Positions 29,044 through 39,004 of a DNA stretch of 64,000 nt are shown one piece after another; the first letter of the stretch is position 1; every line of letters begins with the position of its first letter. Source of the DNA: Candidatus Poribacteria bacterium (GTDB lineage Bacteria > Poribacteria > WGA-4E > WGA-3G); the NCBI GenBank assembly GCA_965214095.1, contig OZ243938.1, forward strand, positions 800,001 through 864,000, written 5' to 3'. The position numbers were made by a program, and so were the translations under genes. A model generated the notes under the pieces. It saw nothing but the letters and a program-made list of their open reading frames with translations, made no database searches and was not told the DNA's origin.

Positions 29044-29874
29044 TTACTTAGAAATACGTTGTGACTTAAGTGCACCCCATGTCGTTGTAAATTTATCTTG
29101 GGGTTCAACGCTTGTGGCTTCTTTGATAATATCTGCATATTCAGCAAAATCATCTGCATCAAATGCCGAATTATAGACAATTACTTCATCAATTATGCCA
29201 CCAAAGTAATGGATGTTGGTACCACCACCATCGTCATCATGGAAAACTGCATTTGCATTTGTATGCGCAATACCTGTATCATCACCGTGTGCGAAAAGTT
29301 GTCCACCTGGTTCACTTGCGATCATTTCACCATCAAGCCACATCTCAAACTTATTGTCCTGTACTTCATTGATTGTATCACGTAGTACTAGGGCAACATG
29401 ATACCATCTATCAGACTCAACTTCTGCTGAGGGCCATGCTCCTGCCCATTGGTATTCAGCACGATTCCATGCACCAACATAGACATCTCCATCAAAGACA
29501 TTGATGACAAAACCACGAGTCCGTCCGCCTTCTTCAATAATTGTTTGTTTTTGATCAGTAACATTTACGTCAGTACACTTGAAGAATGCTGCGATTGTGC
29601 GGTTCATGAAAGGTCCGCCAGTGTTCAATCCGTTTGAATCTGGAAGTTTTACACCATCGTCAACACCATCAAACATTAATGCCTTACCAACAATACCATC
29701 AACAACTTCAGGTTCTCCTGCGAGTGTTCCGTTCACACCGTGTTCAGAGGAATCGGCGGCATCACCCTCATCAAAAGTCCAAATAGCTCTTGCGGTTGCT
29801 TCGTCTCTTGCAGCAAATGCTGGTATTGCTATCAATACAAGTAGAATTGTCAAAATTGAGACAAACTTTGTCAT
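29044..29874 (-). CDS. Secreted LamG-like jellyroll protein with conserved C-terminal tail
   Basis: Signal peptide, WTFDEG, GKALMFDG, WYHVA, FGGIIDEV; tail SVEPQDKFTTTWGALK. Confidence 0.85.
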   Translation of the reverse strand: MTKFVSILTILLVLIAIPAFAARDEATARAIWTFDEGDAADSSEHGVNGTLAGEPEVVDGIVGKALMFDGVDDGVKLPDSNGLNTGGPFMNRTIAAFFKCTDVNVTDQKQTIIEEGGRTRGFVINVFDGDVYVGAWNRAEYQWAGAWPSAEVESDRWYHVALVLRDTINEVQDNKFEMWLDGEMIASEPGGQLFAHGDDTGIAHTNANAVFHDDDGGGTNIHYFGGIIDEVIVYNSAFDADDFAEYADIIKEATSVEPQDKFTTTWGALKSQRISK

Positions 29875-29917
29875 TATAGTATACTCCTTTTAAAATAAGT
29901 TTATGGTATATCACAAT

Positions 29918-30763
29918 TTATCTTGATTTAAGTTTTCCCCACACTGTTGTCAGTTTTCCTTGTGGGGCAACATCTAACGCCTGTACTAATTCATTGATGT
30001 CTGCTTTAGTAAACGATGAACTGTAGACAATAACTTCATCAATCATTCCGCCAAACCAATCAATGAGCGTGCCACCACCACCATCATCGTGGTAGACAGC
30101 ATTTTGATGAACATAACCGATTCCATTATTGTCTCCATGTGCATGAAGCTGCCCGCCATCTGCTGTGTCTATAAGTTTACCATCTACCCACAATTCAAAT
30201 TTGTCTTTTTCTACCTTACCAGCAGCATCTCTAATTACCACAGCAACATGATACCATGTTTTTGATTTAATGTCAGTAGACAACCACGCACCTTGCCAAT
30301 TATACTCTGCTCGGTTCCAAGCACCACCGTAGATTTTGCCATCAAACACATAGATAACTAATCCCCGTGTTCTTCCTCCTTCTTCAAATATTATCTGCTT
30401 TTGTCCTTTGTTAACATCATCGCAGTTGAAGAATGCAGCCACGGTTCTCTTAGGAAAAGGACCACCTGTATTGATTCTGGCTGAATCCAGAATATTGATC
30501 CCATCTCCTTCTCCATTGAATCTCAATGCATCATTTACAATACCTTTCACTGATTCAGGTTTACCAACAAGAATACCATCATGATTCTGATTTGAACTAT
30601 CTTTTGCAGTCCCATCGTCAAATGTCCAGATTCCTGCTACGGTTCCTTCATCCCTTTGTGCATCAACATCTACACAAAATACAAAGGACATTGCCAACAT
30701 AGTAATGCAATAGAATATGTATGAAGATATGATGCAGATCTTATTTTTAAGTATAAGGTTCAT
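29918..30763 (-). CDS. Secreted LamG-like jellyroll protein (tandem paralog)
   Basis: Same motifs; shares EEGGRTRG, WNRAEY; tail DVAPQGKLTTVWGKLK. Confidence 0.85.
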   Translation of the reverse strand: MNLILKNKICIISSYIFYCITMLAMSFVFCVDVDAQRDEGTVAGIWTFDDGTAKDSSNQNHDGILVGKPESVKGIVNDALRFNGEGDGINILDSARINTGGPFPKRTVAAFFNCDDVNKGQKQIIFEEGGRTRGLVIYVFDGKIYGGAWNRAEYNWQGAWLSTDIKSKTWYHVAVVIRDAAGKVEKDKFELWVDGKLIDTADGGQLHAHGDNNGIGYVHQNAVYHDDGGGGTLIDWFGGMIDEVIVYSSSFTKADINELVQALDVAPQGKLTTVWGKLKSR

Positions 30764-30972
30764 TATACAGCCTCCGTTGATATAGTTTGACTATGCTTTA
30801 ATTTTCCTCAATTCTATTGATTTTAATCTACTAATATTCTTTTGCACATTATGCCAATTTAGTTATTATTTGTCAACAGATTTAGAGTATCTTTTGTTCC
30901 CATTTCAACTTTAGAATTCCAAACAGATATCTAATAGAGTATAACTGAGCAGGACAATACATGTTGAAGGTA

Positions 30973-31926
30973 TTAACCAATATTCGATTTGGCATTTCCT
31001 TCCTGATCATTTTCAAAAGATTCGCACAATTCACGAGCCAAAATGACTTCTTCTTCATCACCGTGTATTATATCTATAACCTTTAAGACATCTGATTTAA
31101 TCTGTGGAATTATATCATTCCATTCAATGTCACCTGATCCGGGTGGATGATACATATCAAGGTCTTTTAGGTCATGTAATGAAACTCCTATCAAATGATC
31201 TCCATAGGCTTCAAACCATTCATGTGACCAACGTAGTCCAAGTTTTTCCTGAAGTGCTGCATGACCAACATTGTGCCAATATCGCATAGGACTACCGTAG
31301 AATTCATTGAATAACAAACCAACTTCATCATAATTTGGAATTTGAATGTAGTGTGGTGGAGTCTCAATAGCAATACAGATTTCCATTTTTAATGCACGTT
31401 CATTCAGTTCGTCAAGGCTTCGCATAACCGCATCATGATGTTTTGCTTCTTTCCGCTTACGCCATTCAGTTGCTTCAGAGACCTTATTGCTAAATGCCTC
31501 AAATTCACGTTCACCATATTCGTAGAGTTCCCGCATCAGATAGGAACGATCATAAGTATCTACTTTACCAAGTCGTATAATTACAATTGGTGTTTCCATT
31601 TCAATTGCAAGTTCCATGGTTTGAATAGTTCTACGAATCGCTTCTTTCCGTTCATCGCCATTAAGACTTGAGAGATGTATAATATCGTTATCGGCATCAT
31701 CTTGCGAAGTGCCGGGAAGAATAGGACAATAATTCTGGATACAACAAGGCGAGGTTTGTCCAATTTCACAGAACGAAGGTTTAAGTTGTTCCAATTGTTC
31801 AGGGGTAAGATGTCTACTTAATGCTATACTATCAAAACCGAGGTTTCTTAATTCATCAATTAGTGCCGCACCATCCGGTTGTTTCAGGGCATTCCACATG
31901 GTTGAAATTGCTAACATCATATTCAT
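30973..31926 (-). CDS. Sugar-phosphate isomerase/epimerase-like TIM barrel protein
   Basis: IAIET, WHNVGH, LHD, HPPGSGDIEW motifs. Confidence 0.75.
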   Translation of the reverse strand: MNMMLAISTMWNALKQPDGAALIDELRNLGFDSIALSRHLTPEQLEQLKPSFCEIGQTSPCCIQNYCPILPGTSQDDADNDIIHLSSLNGDERKEAIRRTIQTMELAIEMETPIVIIRLGKVDTYDRSYLMRELYEYGEREFEAFSNKVSEATEWRKRKEAKHHDAVMRSLDELNERALKMEICIAIETPPHYIQIPNYDEVGLLFNEFYGSPMRYWHNVGHAALQEKLGLRWSHEWFEAYGDHLIGVSLHDLKDLDMYHPPGSGDIEWNDIIPQIKSDVLKVIDIIHGDEEEVILARELCESFENDQEGNAKSNIG

Positions 31927-31978
31927 ATATTGGAAAATTTTGGTTTTAGGTAAGAACCTTTAAGACATTGATGTCTTA

Positions 31979-32590
31979 TTAATCAGTATGTGTGTTTATG
32001 ACTTTGCGTCCTTCAACGGTAAGAGTTCCTTGAGCGTACCACCTTATCACTTCAGGAAAAAGTTTGTGTTCTTCAATCTGTATTCGTTGGTGCAAACTTT
32101 CTTCGTCATCTGTATGATAGACAGGAACTGTCCGTTGAGCAATTATTGGTCCAGTATCCATTTCTTCGTCCACAAAATGTACTGTAACACCTGTAACTTT
32201 AACCCCGTAAGCCAATGTATCTGGAACGGCATTCGCACCGGGGAATGCCGGTAGCAGACTTGGATGAACGTTTATTATCTTATCACGATATTTTTGCACG
32301 AATGGAGGTTGAAACAGTTTCATAAAACCTGCAAGCACAATGAGGTCAATAGCATAGTTGTCAATATGTCTTGAAATTTCAGCATCAAAATCTATGCGAC
32401 TGTTGTAGTCCTGTGCTTTAACAATTTCTGTTGGGATACCAGCCTGTTCTGCTCGGGTGAGTGCAAAAGCTTTTGTACGATCGCTAATTACAAGAGCAAT
32501 TTCTATTCCGCTGGTTGTGTCTTGATGTAATTGGTTGATTAAGGTTTGCAGATTTGTTCCACTACTAGAAACGAGGACAGCAATTTTCAC
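31979..32590 (-). CDS. purN: Phosphoribosylglycinamide formyltransferase
   Basis: GTNLQ, LAGFM, NVHPSLLP, GVTVHFVDE.MDTGP, EH. Confidence 0.95.
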   Translation of the reverse strand: MKIAVLVSSSGTNLQTLINQLHQDTTSGIEIALVISDRTKAFALTRAEQAGIPTEIVKAQDYNSRIDFDAEISRHIDNYAIDLIVLAGFMKLFQPPFVQKYRDKIINVHPSLLPAFPGANAVPDTLAYGVKVTGVTVHFVDEEMDTGPIIAQRTVPVYHTDDEESLHQRIQIEEHKLFPEVIRWYAQGTLTVEGRKVINTHTD

Positions 32591-32688
32591 TTGTGTTGTA
32601 ATACCTCATAATTATCAATCACGGTAAGATAAGACTTGTAGATAATCAAATAATTGGTCATGTAATCCACTAAATATACGATGGTATT

Positions 32689-32715
32689 AGACATTAGATC
32701 GGAAACCTAATGTCT
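32689..32715. repeat. Intergenic hairpin (REP-like or terminator)
   Basis: AGACATTAG-N9-CTAATGTCT with GGAAAC in the loop. Confidence 0.4.
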
Positions 32716-32734
32716 CACCATTGATTATCAGACT

Positions 32735-34513
32735 TTACTGATAAGACTGGTTAATCAAATTTCCATTTGGTATAGCGACCCATTCACCACCCGTCTTTAC
32801 TGTGACTTGTTGCAAAAAACCATCTATAGTTCCGACAACACTGACAATCACATGTTTCTCTGCCAAATATTGAATCACACCATCATAAGACATTTTCCTG
32901 GCAAGTGGTTCATCAGTAACTATGATTAGATGAGTCTGTGCTTCTGGACGTAGTTTAATCTTTCTCATTCCCTCATTAATTGCCTGTAAAAGGTCTTCAT
33001 TGTGCTTATATGGCAGCTCAAGGATTTTGCGTGTTTGCTCAAGTGTTTGAGGCGGATTATAGACATTGACCATATTGACAGAACCACGCATCCTAAATCT
33101 GACGACACCTATCTGATAGTCTATGAGTGAATTATCCCAATCACGAAACCAAAACTCCATTTGCGTTAAGAATGCTGAAGCTTTCTCTTCCATACTATTG
33201 CTTCCATCAATATACAAAACAATATCCACAGGAGAATTCTCTGCTTTTCTCAGTACTAACTTTCCAATCTTTTGCAGGTCTGTCCATTTTGCATTCTTGA
33301 GGTATTGTGATTTTCCTTTATCAGTGATTGGTGTATTTTGTCGTGATAGTTGGGTCCTCTTTGGGTTTTCAGGGATGGCATGCCATCTTCCGTCAGTTCT
33401 TACAGCAAGCAATTGATGTTTATCATCAGGAAGACCAAGTATATTTACAAAAATACCAAATTCACGACACAGATCTATAACTCCTCGGACAGTTTTCCCT
33501 TCAATACTTGTTAATGGCTCATCCGTAACTAGAATAAGATGTTTCTGTGATGTAGGTCGAAACTTCATTTCAGAGACAGTTTTTTCAATGGCATCTAAAG
33601 CATTTTCGTCTTTACCAACCATAATGGCATTTATATTGCGTTTGTATTCATTTAGATTATTGGTCAATTGCGTGACTTCTATATTATTTACTTTTACATC
33701 TGCTTTTGTATTGAATTTTGTTAAGCCTAATTGGTAATCTATGTCTGAAGATTTGTATACATCTATCATTTCTGACAAATGATTGGCAACAGCGTTGATA
33801 TTATCTCCCATACTACCACTGGCATCAATGACAAAAACGACATCAATGGGACCACCATCACTTGTTTCAGCAATTTCCTCACCCAGTGTGTTCATTACAT
33901 TACTAAATGTTACTTTCGGTAATTCTGGTTTGGTTTCATATAGGTCACCTATATCAGTAGGTTCATCACCCTCTCCACCTATCTGACCAGCAATGTCAAG
34001 CGTTGAACGGACAGGTGTTCGTTGAACACCAAATTCACCAGTTCGTTTTGAACCGAGCGAATCTCCAAAGGTGGCCTGAGCAGATTCTACAGTTGACAAC
34101 CCTTCTTCAACTTGTCGGAGTTTATTGAGCGCAGTACTAACATTAACATCAATATCAGGCGCAGTCTTTGTATTTTCAAGACGGGGTTGTTCGGTAATAA
34201 TAGGTGCTGGATTTTCAAGTCTTTGTTTAACAGTAATTTTGGGTGTGATTGCTTCTATTTGTGACTGAGGCATTTTAGTTACTTCATATACACTGGTTTC
34301 TCGCTGTTGTAGCTTAGGTGCTTTCATCTTCGACAAAGGTTGTTTCGGCACTGTTGTTATACTTACATCAAGACGATCCTTAAATGTTAACAATGCTTGC
34401 TCATTAACCGTAAAATAAAAGAATGTAATAATTAGAAGAATATGGAGAACCATTGAGATCAATAATGCTCTATGTGTTATTGTTTTGATGTGTCGTTTGG
34501 TAAAATATTTCAT
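32735..34513 (-). CDS. Membrane-anchored protein with two VWA domains
   Basis: N-terminal TM (LLISMVLH), Pro/Thr linker, two MIDAS motifs DASGS and DGSNS, each with LVTDE/IVTDE. Confidence 0.85.
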   Translation of the reverse strand: MKYFTKRHIKTITHRALLISMVLHILLIITFFYFTVNEQALLTFKDRLDVSITTVPKQPLSKMKAPKLQQRETSVYEVTKMPQSQIEAITPKITVKQRLENPAPIITEQPRLENTKTAPDIDVNVSTALNKLRQVEEGLSTVESAQATFGDSLGSKRTGEFGVQRTPVRSTLDIAGQIGGEGDEPTDIGDLYETKPELPKVTFSNVMNTLGEEIAETSDGGPIDVVFVIDASGSMGDNINAVANHLSEMIDVYKSSDIDYQLGLTKFNTKADVKVNNIEVTQLTNNLNEYKRNINAIMVGKDENALDAIEKTVSEMKFRPTSQKHLILVTDEPLTSIEGKTVRGVIDLCREFGIFVNILGLPDDKHQLLAVRTDGRWHAIPENPKRTQLSRQNTPITDKGKSQYLKNAKWTDLQKIGKLVLRKAENSPVDIVLYIDGSNSMEEKASAFLTQMEFWFRDWDNSLIDYQIGVVRFRMRGSVNMVNVYNPPQTLEQTRKILELPYKHNEDLLQAINEGMRKIKLRPEAQTHLIIVTDEPLARKMSYDGVIQYLAEKHVIVSVVGTIDGFLQQVTVKTGGEWVAIPNGNLINQSYQ

Positions 34514-34525
34514 AATTCCACCTCA

Positions 34526-35050
34526 TCAGCGTATTTTTAGTGTGCGTTTTGGTTCCGGCTGCAATATTACCTCGAATGCAACCAATCTTTCTTGTTCTTT
34601 TATGGATTCTGTATTGAATTGTGAAAAAAGGTTCAGTTTTTCAATCTTTGGAGAGTAGAGCGTAGCACCGACCATGGTAAATACGGCTACAAAAAATCCC
34701 AGAATATAATATGAATTGTAGGCACGGATATTCCCTCTCATCCATCCTTGACATCTGTCAACAAATGAACCGAGACGGTTGAATAGTGCCAGTCTTTTTC
34801 TGTGAACCGTATTCATTGAATTTACACGCGACATAACATTTGTTAACAGACTCTCTGAAGCCTTGACTGGTTCAACATTATGCAGGAAAGTCTGTGTCCG
34901 CTGTAGTTCAGCATAGTTTGAGTTACATACTGAGCATCGCTTCAAATGCCAGCGAATAGTGTGATTTTTCCACGGGGGGAGTTCTCTGTCATAATACGCT
35001 GACAGTTGTGCTTGAATATTATTGCATTCGTTTATTTTAACTTTTGGCAT
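34526..35050 (-). CDS. Zinc-binding anti-sigma factor (ZAS/zf-HC2)
   Basis: LSAYYDREL...HLKRCSVC (HxxxCxxC) plus one TM; overlaps ECF sigma stop. Confidence 0.85.
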   Translation of the reverse strand: MPKVKINECNNIQAQLSAYYDRELPPWKNHTIRWHLKRCSVCNSNYAELQRTQTFLHNVEPVKASESLLTNVMSRVNSMNTVHRKRLALFNRLGSFVDRCQGWMRGNIRAYNSYYILGFFVAVFTMVGATLYSPKIEKLNLFSQFNTESIKEQERLVAFEVILQPEPKRTLKIR

Positions 35051-35636
35051 TGATGTTCTCTCCTATTCCAGCCTTCAATAGAAGTTTTTTCATATTTTGG
35101 CGTGCACGGTGAATTAAGGATTTTACTGCTCCAACAGAACAATTTAATATGACCGATATTTCATCATAACTTAACTCTTGATATGTAACTAAGGTTAACG
35201 CTAAACGTTGACTTTCTGGTAGTTGGTTCAACGTTTTCTTTATCAATAGTTGTTGTTCTTTCTTTTCATAGAGGATATCCGGTTGAAATCTTGTGTCTAT
35301 CATATATTCTGAGTGGTAGACATCTTCATTCTCATCAACCATGTCTTCCAGAAAATATGTTTTTCTTCGTCCCCGATTACGTAATTCGTTCTTTGACAGA
35401 TTGGTAGCAATTGTATATAACCAACTTTTGAAGGTAGATTTTGGTTCATAACGACTTGCACTCTTAAAGACTCGTAGGAACGTCTCCTGTGCTAAATCCT
35501 CAGCACGATGATAGTCATTTATCGTAAAGTTGATATAGTTGACAAGAGCATCTTGGTGCCTCCTGACAAGCAGTTCAAATGCACTCATATCCCCTTTACG
35601 GCATTCTAACATCAAATCTTCGTCTGTAACTATCAT
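35037..35636 (-). CDS. ECF RNA polymerase sigma factor
   Basis: AEDLAQETF, FKSWLYTIATN, SYDEI...SVGAVKSLIHRAR. Confidence 0.92.
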   Translation of the reverse strand: MIVTDEDLMLECRKGDMSAFELLVRRHQDALVNYINFTINDYHRAEDLAQETFLRVFKSASRYEPKSTFKSWLYTIATNLSKNELRNRGRRKTYFLEDMVDENEDVYHSEYMIDTRFQPDILYEKKEQQLLIKKTLNQLPESQRLALTLVTYQELSYDEISVILNCSVGAVKSLIHRARQNMKKLLLKAGIGENINAKS

Positions 35637-35672
35637 GATATATTCCAAATATTATTTGCAGATCCATGCAAA

Positions 35673-36275
35673 CTACTCTTCGTTAGAAACATTAGTTTCA
35701 TCTGACAAATTTTGTCTTGTAGGTTTCAATTTCAGTCGCATTGCCGTCTTAAACGCTTTCACTGCCTCATTACGTTTACCTTGAAGTGAATAAACTGCAC
35801 CGAGTTCTGAATGTAATTCTGGTCTGTTTGGTATCAACCGAATAGCACGTTCATATACTTCAATTGCTTTGTCATAACGTTTTAATACCCGATAGGTTGC
35901 TGCTAAATTGATATACACATCCAGTCCCAAAGGTTCACAAACAATTGCCATTTTATAGGCATCAATTGCTTTTTCGTAGTCTTCTAACATAAAGTAAGCC
36001 AAGCCGAGATGGAAATGTGCTTCAGCGGAATCCTTATTATGTTGAATTACAGTGAGAAATTCATCAATAGCCTTGTTAAAGTTGTGTGCCTTTAATGCAT
36101 CTGCTCCCAGTTGCAAATGTTTGGCAACTGTTTCCTGAACGTGTATATCTAATCGTCCACGTTGTATAAATCTATTCTTTAATGTCTCTGAAGAAATAGC
36201 GGAATCATCGCGTGTAAGATTGGAGTTAATGGCACCATCTTGATGATTTTTCTCAATTTTACTGTCTTTCATCAT
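35673..36275 (-). CDS. TPR protein
   Basis: AHFHLGLAY, YINLAATY, HSELGAVY repeats. Confidence 0.85.
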   Translation of the reverse strand: MMKDSKIEKNHQDGAINSNLTRDDSAISSETLKNRFIQRGRLDIHVQETVAKHLQLGADALKAHNFNKAIDEFLTVIQHNKDSAEAHFHLGLAYFMLEDYEKAIDAYKMAIVCEPLGLDVYINLAATYRVLKRYDKAIEVYERAIRLIPNRPELHSELGAVYSLQGKRNEAVKAFKTAMRLKLKPTRQNLSDETNVSNEE

Positions 36276-36380
36276 AATAACCCATTAACTCGTCTACCAA
36301 TATCCTTATTGTTTTAACACCTATCTTCTAAAAAAGTAACAGTTTTCTTGACTCAACATTTAGTTTGAAAGGAAGTTAAT

Positions 36381-37265
36381 TTAGTAAGCGATACGAAAAC
36401 CAATTACAAACTCAGCATAGTTCTTACTGAAAAAATCGTAACTGATGCATGTGCTATAATCGTGACTATAATACCACGCGCCTCCACATGCAACACGAAA
36501 GATTTGATTGTCATCATAAGGTGTATCTGTCCATTCCCACACATTTCCAACTATATCAAAACAACCAAACGGACTCATTCCATCTTTAAATGTCCCAACG
36601 GGTGTTGTACCATCTGCACCGAGTTCGACTGTGTTACATCTGGGTTTGTCTATTTCGTATCCCCATGGGAATAACCTATCATCTTTTCCGCGTGCAGCAT
36701 ATTGCCATTCAGGAAACGATGGTAGTCTTCCACCAACATATTTTGCATACTCTTCTGCATCCTCACAACTCACCCAAGCAATAGGATGATCCCCTTTATG
36801 TCCATATATTTCATAATTAAGTGTCTGACTTTCTGTCCAATCCTTTGGTGGTGTGTATCCAGTGTCCTCAATAAACCGAAGATATTGAGCGTTGGTTACA
36901 GGATAAACCCCGATCTGAAAAGCATCAATTTCTATTGATTCACACTCTTCACCAATCAAGGCAGTTCCTTTAGGTATAGATACCATAGCATCTAAAACCT
37001 GTAGTGCAGCATCCCGAACTGCTGTATCAGTATGGGAAAGGGCATGTCCCAACGAAGATATTATCTCACCGATTGGAGGCGTTGTGAGTTGTGGAACATT
37101 TTCCCAACCTAAATCTATGCTCAGCAACAATCTGATTGCATCATCAAGTGAGTCGTCATAGTGCCAAGTCCAATAATCCTTAAGAAGAGTTTGAAGAGCA
37201 TCTTGTGTATTGCTTTCAAGCAGTGAAAGTCGGGATTCCTTTGGTTTTTTGACATCTAATAGCAT
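36381..37265 (-). CDS. FGE-sulfatase (SUMF1) fold protein with N-terminal HEAT-like segment
   Basis: YPVTNAQY, RLPSFPEWQYAARG, FPWG, DIVGNVWEW, GFR; FGE catalytic Cys pair not evident. Confidence 0.85.
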   Translation of the reverse strand: MLLDVKKPKESRLSLLESNTQDALQTLLKDYWTWHYDDSLDDAIRLLLSIDLGWENVPQLTTPPIGEIISSLGHALSHTDTAVRDAALQVLDAMVSIPKGTALIGEECESIEIDAFQIGVYPVTNAQYLRFIEDTGYTPPKDWTESQTLNYEIYGHKGDHPIAWVSCEDAEEYAKYVGGRLPSFPEWQYAARGKDDRLFPWGYEIDKPRCNTVELGADGTTPVGTFKDGMSPFGCFDIVGNVWEWTDTPYDDNQIFRVACGGAWYYSHDYSTCISYDFFSKNYAEFVIGFRIAY

Positions 37266-37286
37266 GTTTATTCTATCGTCTTAACG

Positions 37287-38612
37287 CTATGTCTTCTTTA
37301 ACTTTGGTATTGGAAATGGAACTTCAACCATTTGTAAATGTTGCTTCGCGAAGAATTCTTTGAGATCTTCAGTATATTCTGGCATTGAATCTTGATCAAC
37401 AATCTGAAACAATTCACGTCCAATATGCGAAAGTGCTACACCCGATACCCTGAACTCATTTGAGCTAATATTCCAATCTAGCATTGGATGTAAGACCCAA
37501 TGTTTACCTTGGTAGCGAAAAGAGATTAGTATTGTATTGTTTTGATTGACTATACACAAATTATAATCTCTCCAAGAGTTATAATCAGATATAATAAGAT
37601 CAAAAGCGTTTAGTAAATTGAGTTGGTCAAATCCAAGTCCATATTTTTGTAGTGAATTCGAACCGGCATTACCACTGAGAGAGGGGACTCTTATATCAAT
37701 TATATGATTAATGTTTGATATTCCGAGGACTAAACACACACTACACAGTTTCTTGAACAGTGATGCGATATTCTGATCCAATTCACCGAGAGCCTTCACT
37801 GTCTTAAATGAAAAAGAACCTGGTTTCTGAATTTCTCCAGCTAAGATACGAGCAAAACGACGTTGCATTTCTTCACCACTTTTTTGGCTTGCCTCTTTCT
37901 CAAAAATGTTAAACCAATCATCATCAATAGTCTTTTCTTGATTTATACTTTCTGTTTGAATTTTTGAATCTTCAGATTGTTCCTCCATGTTTTCATTGAT
38001 TGCACGATTTTTTGAATTGTTTAATTCCGTGTTTTTAAGTATATCTGCGGCAAGACCTAAGATTCTTTCAAGGTTGTACTGTTCTCTAAGTATTTTCTTA
38101 GCAAATGTGTTTGATGCTCTTTGGGGAAACTCAGGGTCAACTTTTATTTCTTTAATAATCTGTGCATTAACAACTTCAGTAATTTTTATGCGAGCTTCCG
38201 ATTCTGCGCGTTTTTCTGTTGATCTTCGTTCAAGTGCACCAACAGGAACGTCAATTAAAGCAGAACCTAATCTATCAAGAGCCTTAAACAAGTTCTTTCT
38301 AATCGGAGCAGGTATAGCTTGATCTAGAATAAGATCCGAGGTAGCACTGAGCGCAGTGTTTGTCGCACTCTCTATAGATGCAGGTATATTAGGTTTAGGT
38401 TCATCAGACACAATTATATCTTGTTTTTGCTCCGCTTTTTCAAGCTCATCAGGAGGCTGATTCTTACCTGATTTGAGATTAACTTCAAAATCAACTTCAT
38501 GAGTCTCTTCTAAATAATCGGTAAGACTATGTGTATCCCAAAACTCACCAATTTCTTCTGGCGTCGCATCAGGTGACGGCATTGGATCTCGTTTTCTACT
38601 TTTTTCTACCAT
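37287..38612 (-). CDS. Antitoxin-like N-terminus fused to DUF2806-like domain
   Basis: N-term P..EEIGEFWDTHSLTDY; body REQYNLERI, IDDDW..FEKEA...MQ..FARILAGEIQKPGSFS. Confidence 0.75.
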   Translation of the reverse strand: MVEKSRKRDPMPSPDATPEEIGEFWDTHSLTDYLEETHEVDFEVNLKSGKNQPPDELEKAEQKQDIIVSDEPKPNIPASIESATNTALSATSDLILDQAIPAPIRKNLFKALDRLGSALIDVPVGALERRSTEKRAESEARIKITEVVNAQIIKEIKVDPEFPQRASNTFAKKILREQYNLERILGLAADILKNTELNNSKNRAINENMEEQSEDSKIQTESINQEKTIDDDWFNIFEKEASQKSGEEMQRRFARILAGEIQKPGSFSFKTVKALGELDQNIASLFKKLCSVCLVLGISNINHIIDIRVPSLSGNAGSNSLQKYGLGFDQLNLLNAFDLIISDYNSWRDYNLCIVNQNNTILISFRYQGKHWVLHPMLDWNISSNEFRVSGVALSHIGRELFQIVDQDSMPEYTEDLKEFFAKQHLQMVEVPFPIPKLKKT

Positions 38613-38883
38613 AATATGTTCGTTCCTTCTTATTCATATCTCTTGCACTGATAATCAAAGCCCGATGTTTTGGTTTTAGAATAAAATAAACAACGAGATA
38701 ACGACCTTCATTCGTCTGACCCATCGCTGAATACACATCTTCACCGGATTGCTTGCCTTTGGATACAAACCGAAAATGTGGACGATTACTTAATACTTCT
38801 TCAACTTCTGTTGTTTTTACACCATGTTTGCTTGCTAATTTTTCAATAAATTGTGATAACCATATTACCTCATTAATCTGCAA
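38596..38883 (-). CDS. BrnT-family toxin
   Basis: KHGV...EVEEV...GQTNEGRYLVVYF...IISARDM..KER..Y. Confidence 0.85.
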   Translation of the reverse strand: MQINEVIWLSQFIEKLASKHGVKTTEVEEVLSNRPHFRFVSKGKQSGEDVYSAMGQTNEGRYLVVYFILKPKHRALIISARDMNKKERTYYGRKK

Positions 38884-39004
38884 ATTTCGTTCCTATTTCT
38901 TGAGTTGTTAAAGATTTGATCTACTTATAATATTATATATGAATTATAACACTTTTTCCTCTATCATGCCATATAATGCAATGTTGTAATAAACAAATAT
39001 GTTA

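Noticed and set aside
30843-30857. Sigma-54 promoter upstream of the LamG genes (TGGCATAATGTGCA)
   Set aside because: GG-to-GC spacing is 8 nt rather than the required 10
36381-37265. Active formylglycine-generating enzyme or DGR target
   Set aside because: Catalytic Cys pair not evident; no reverse transcriptase or TR/VR repeat seen in the window
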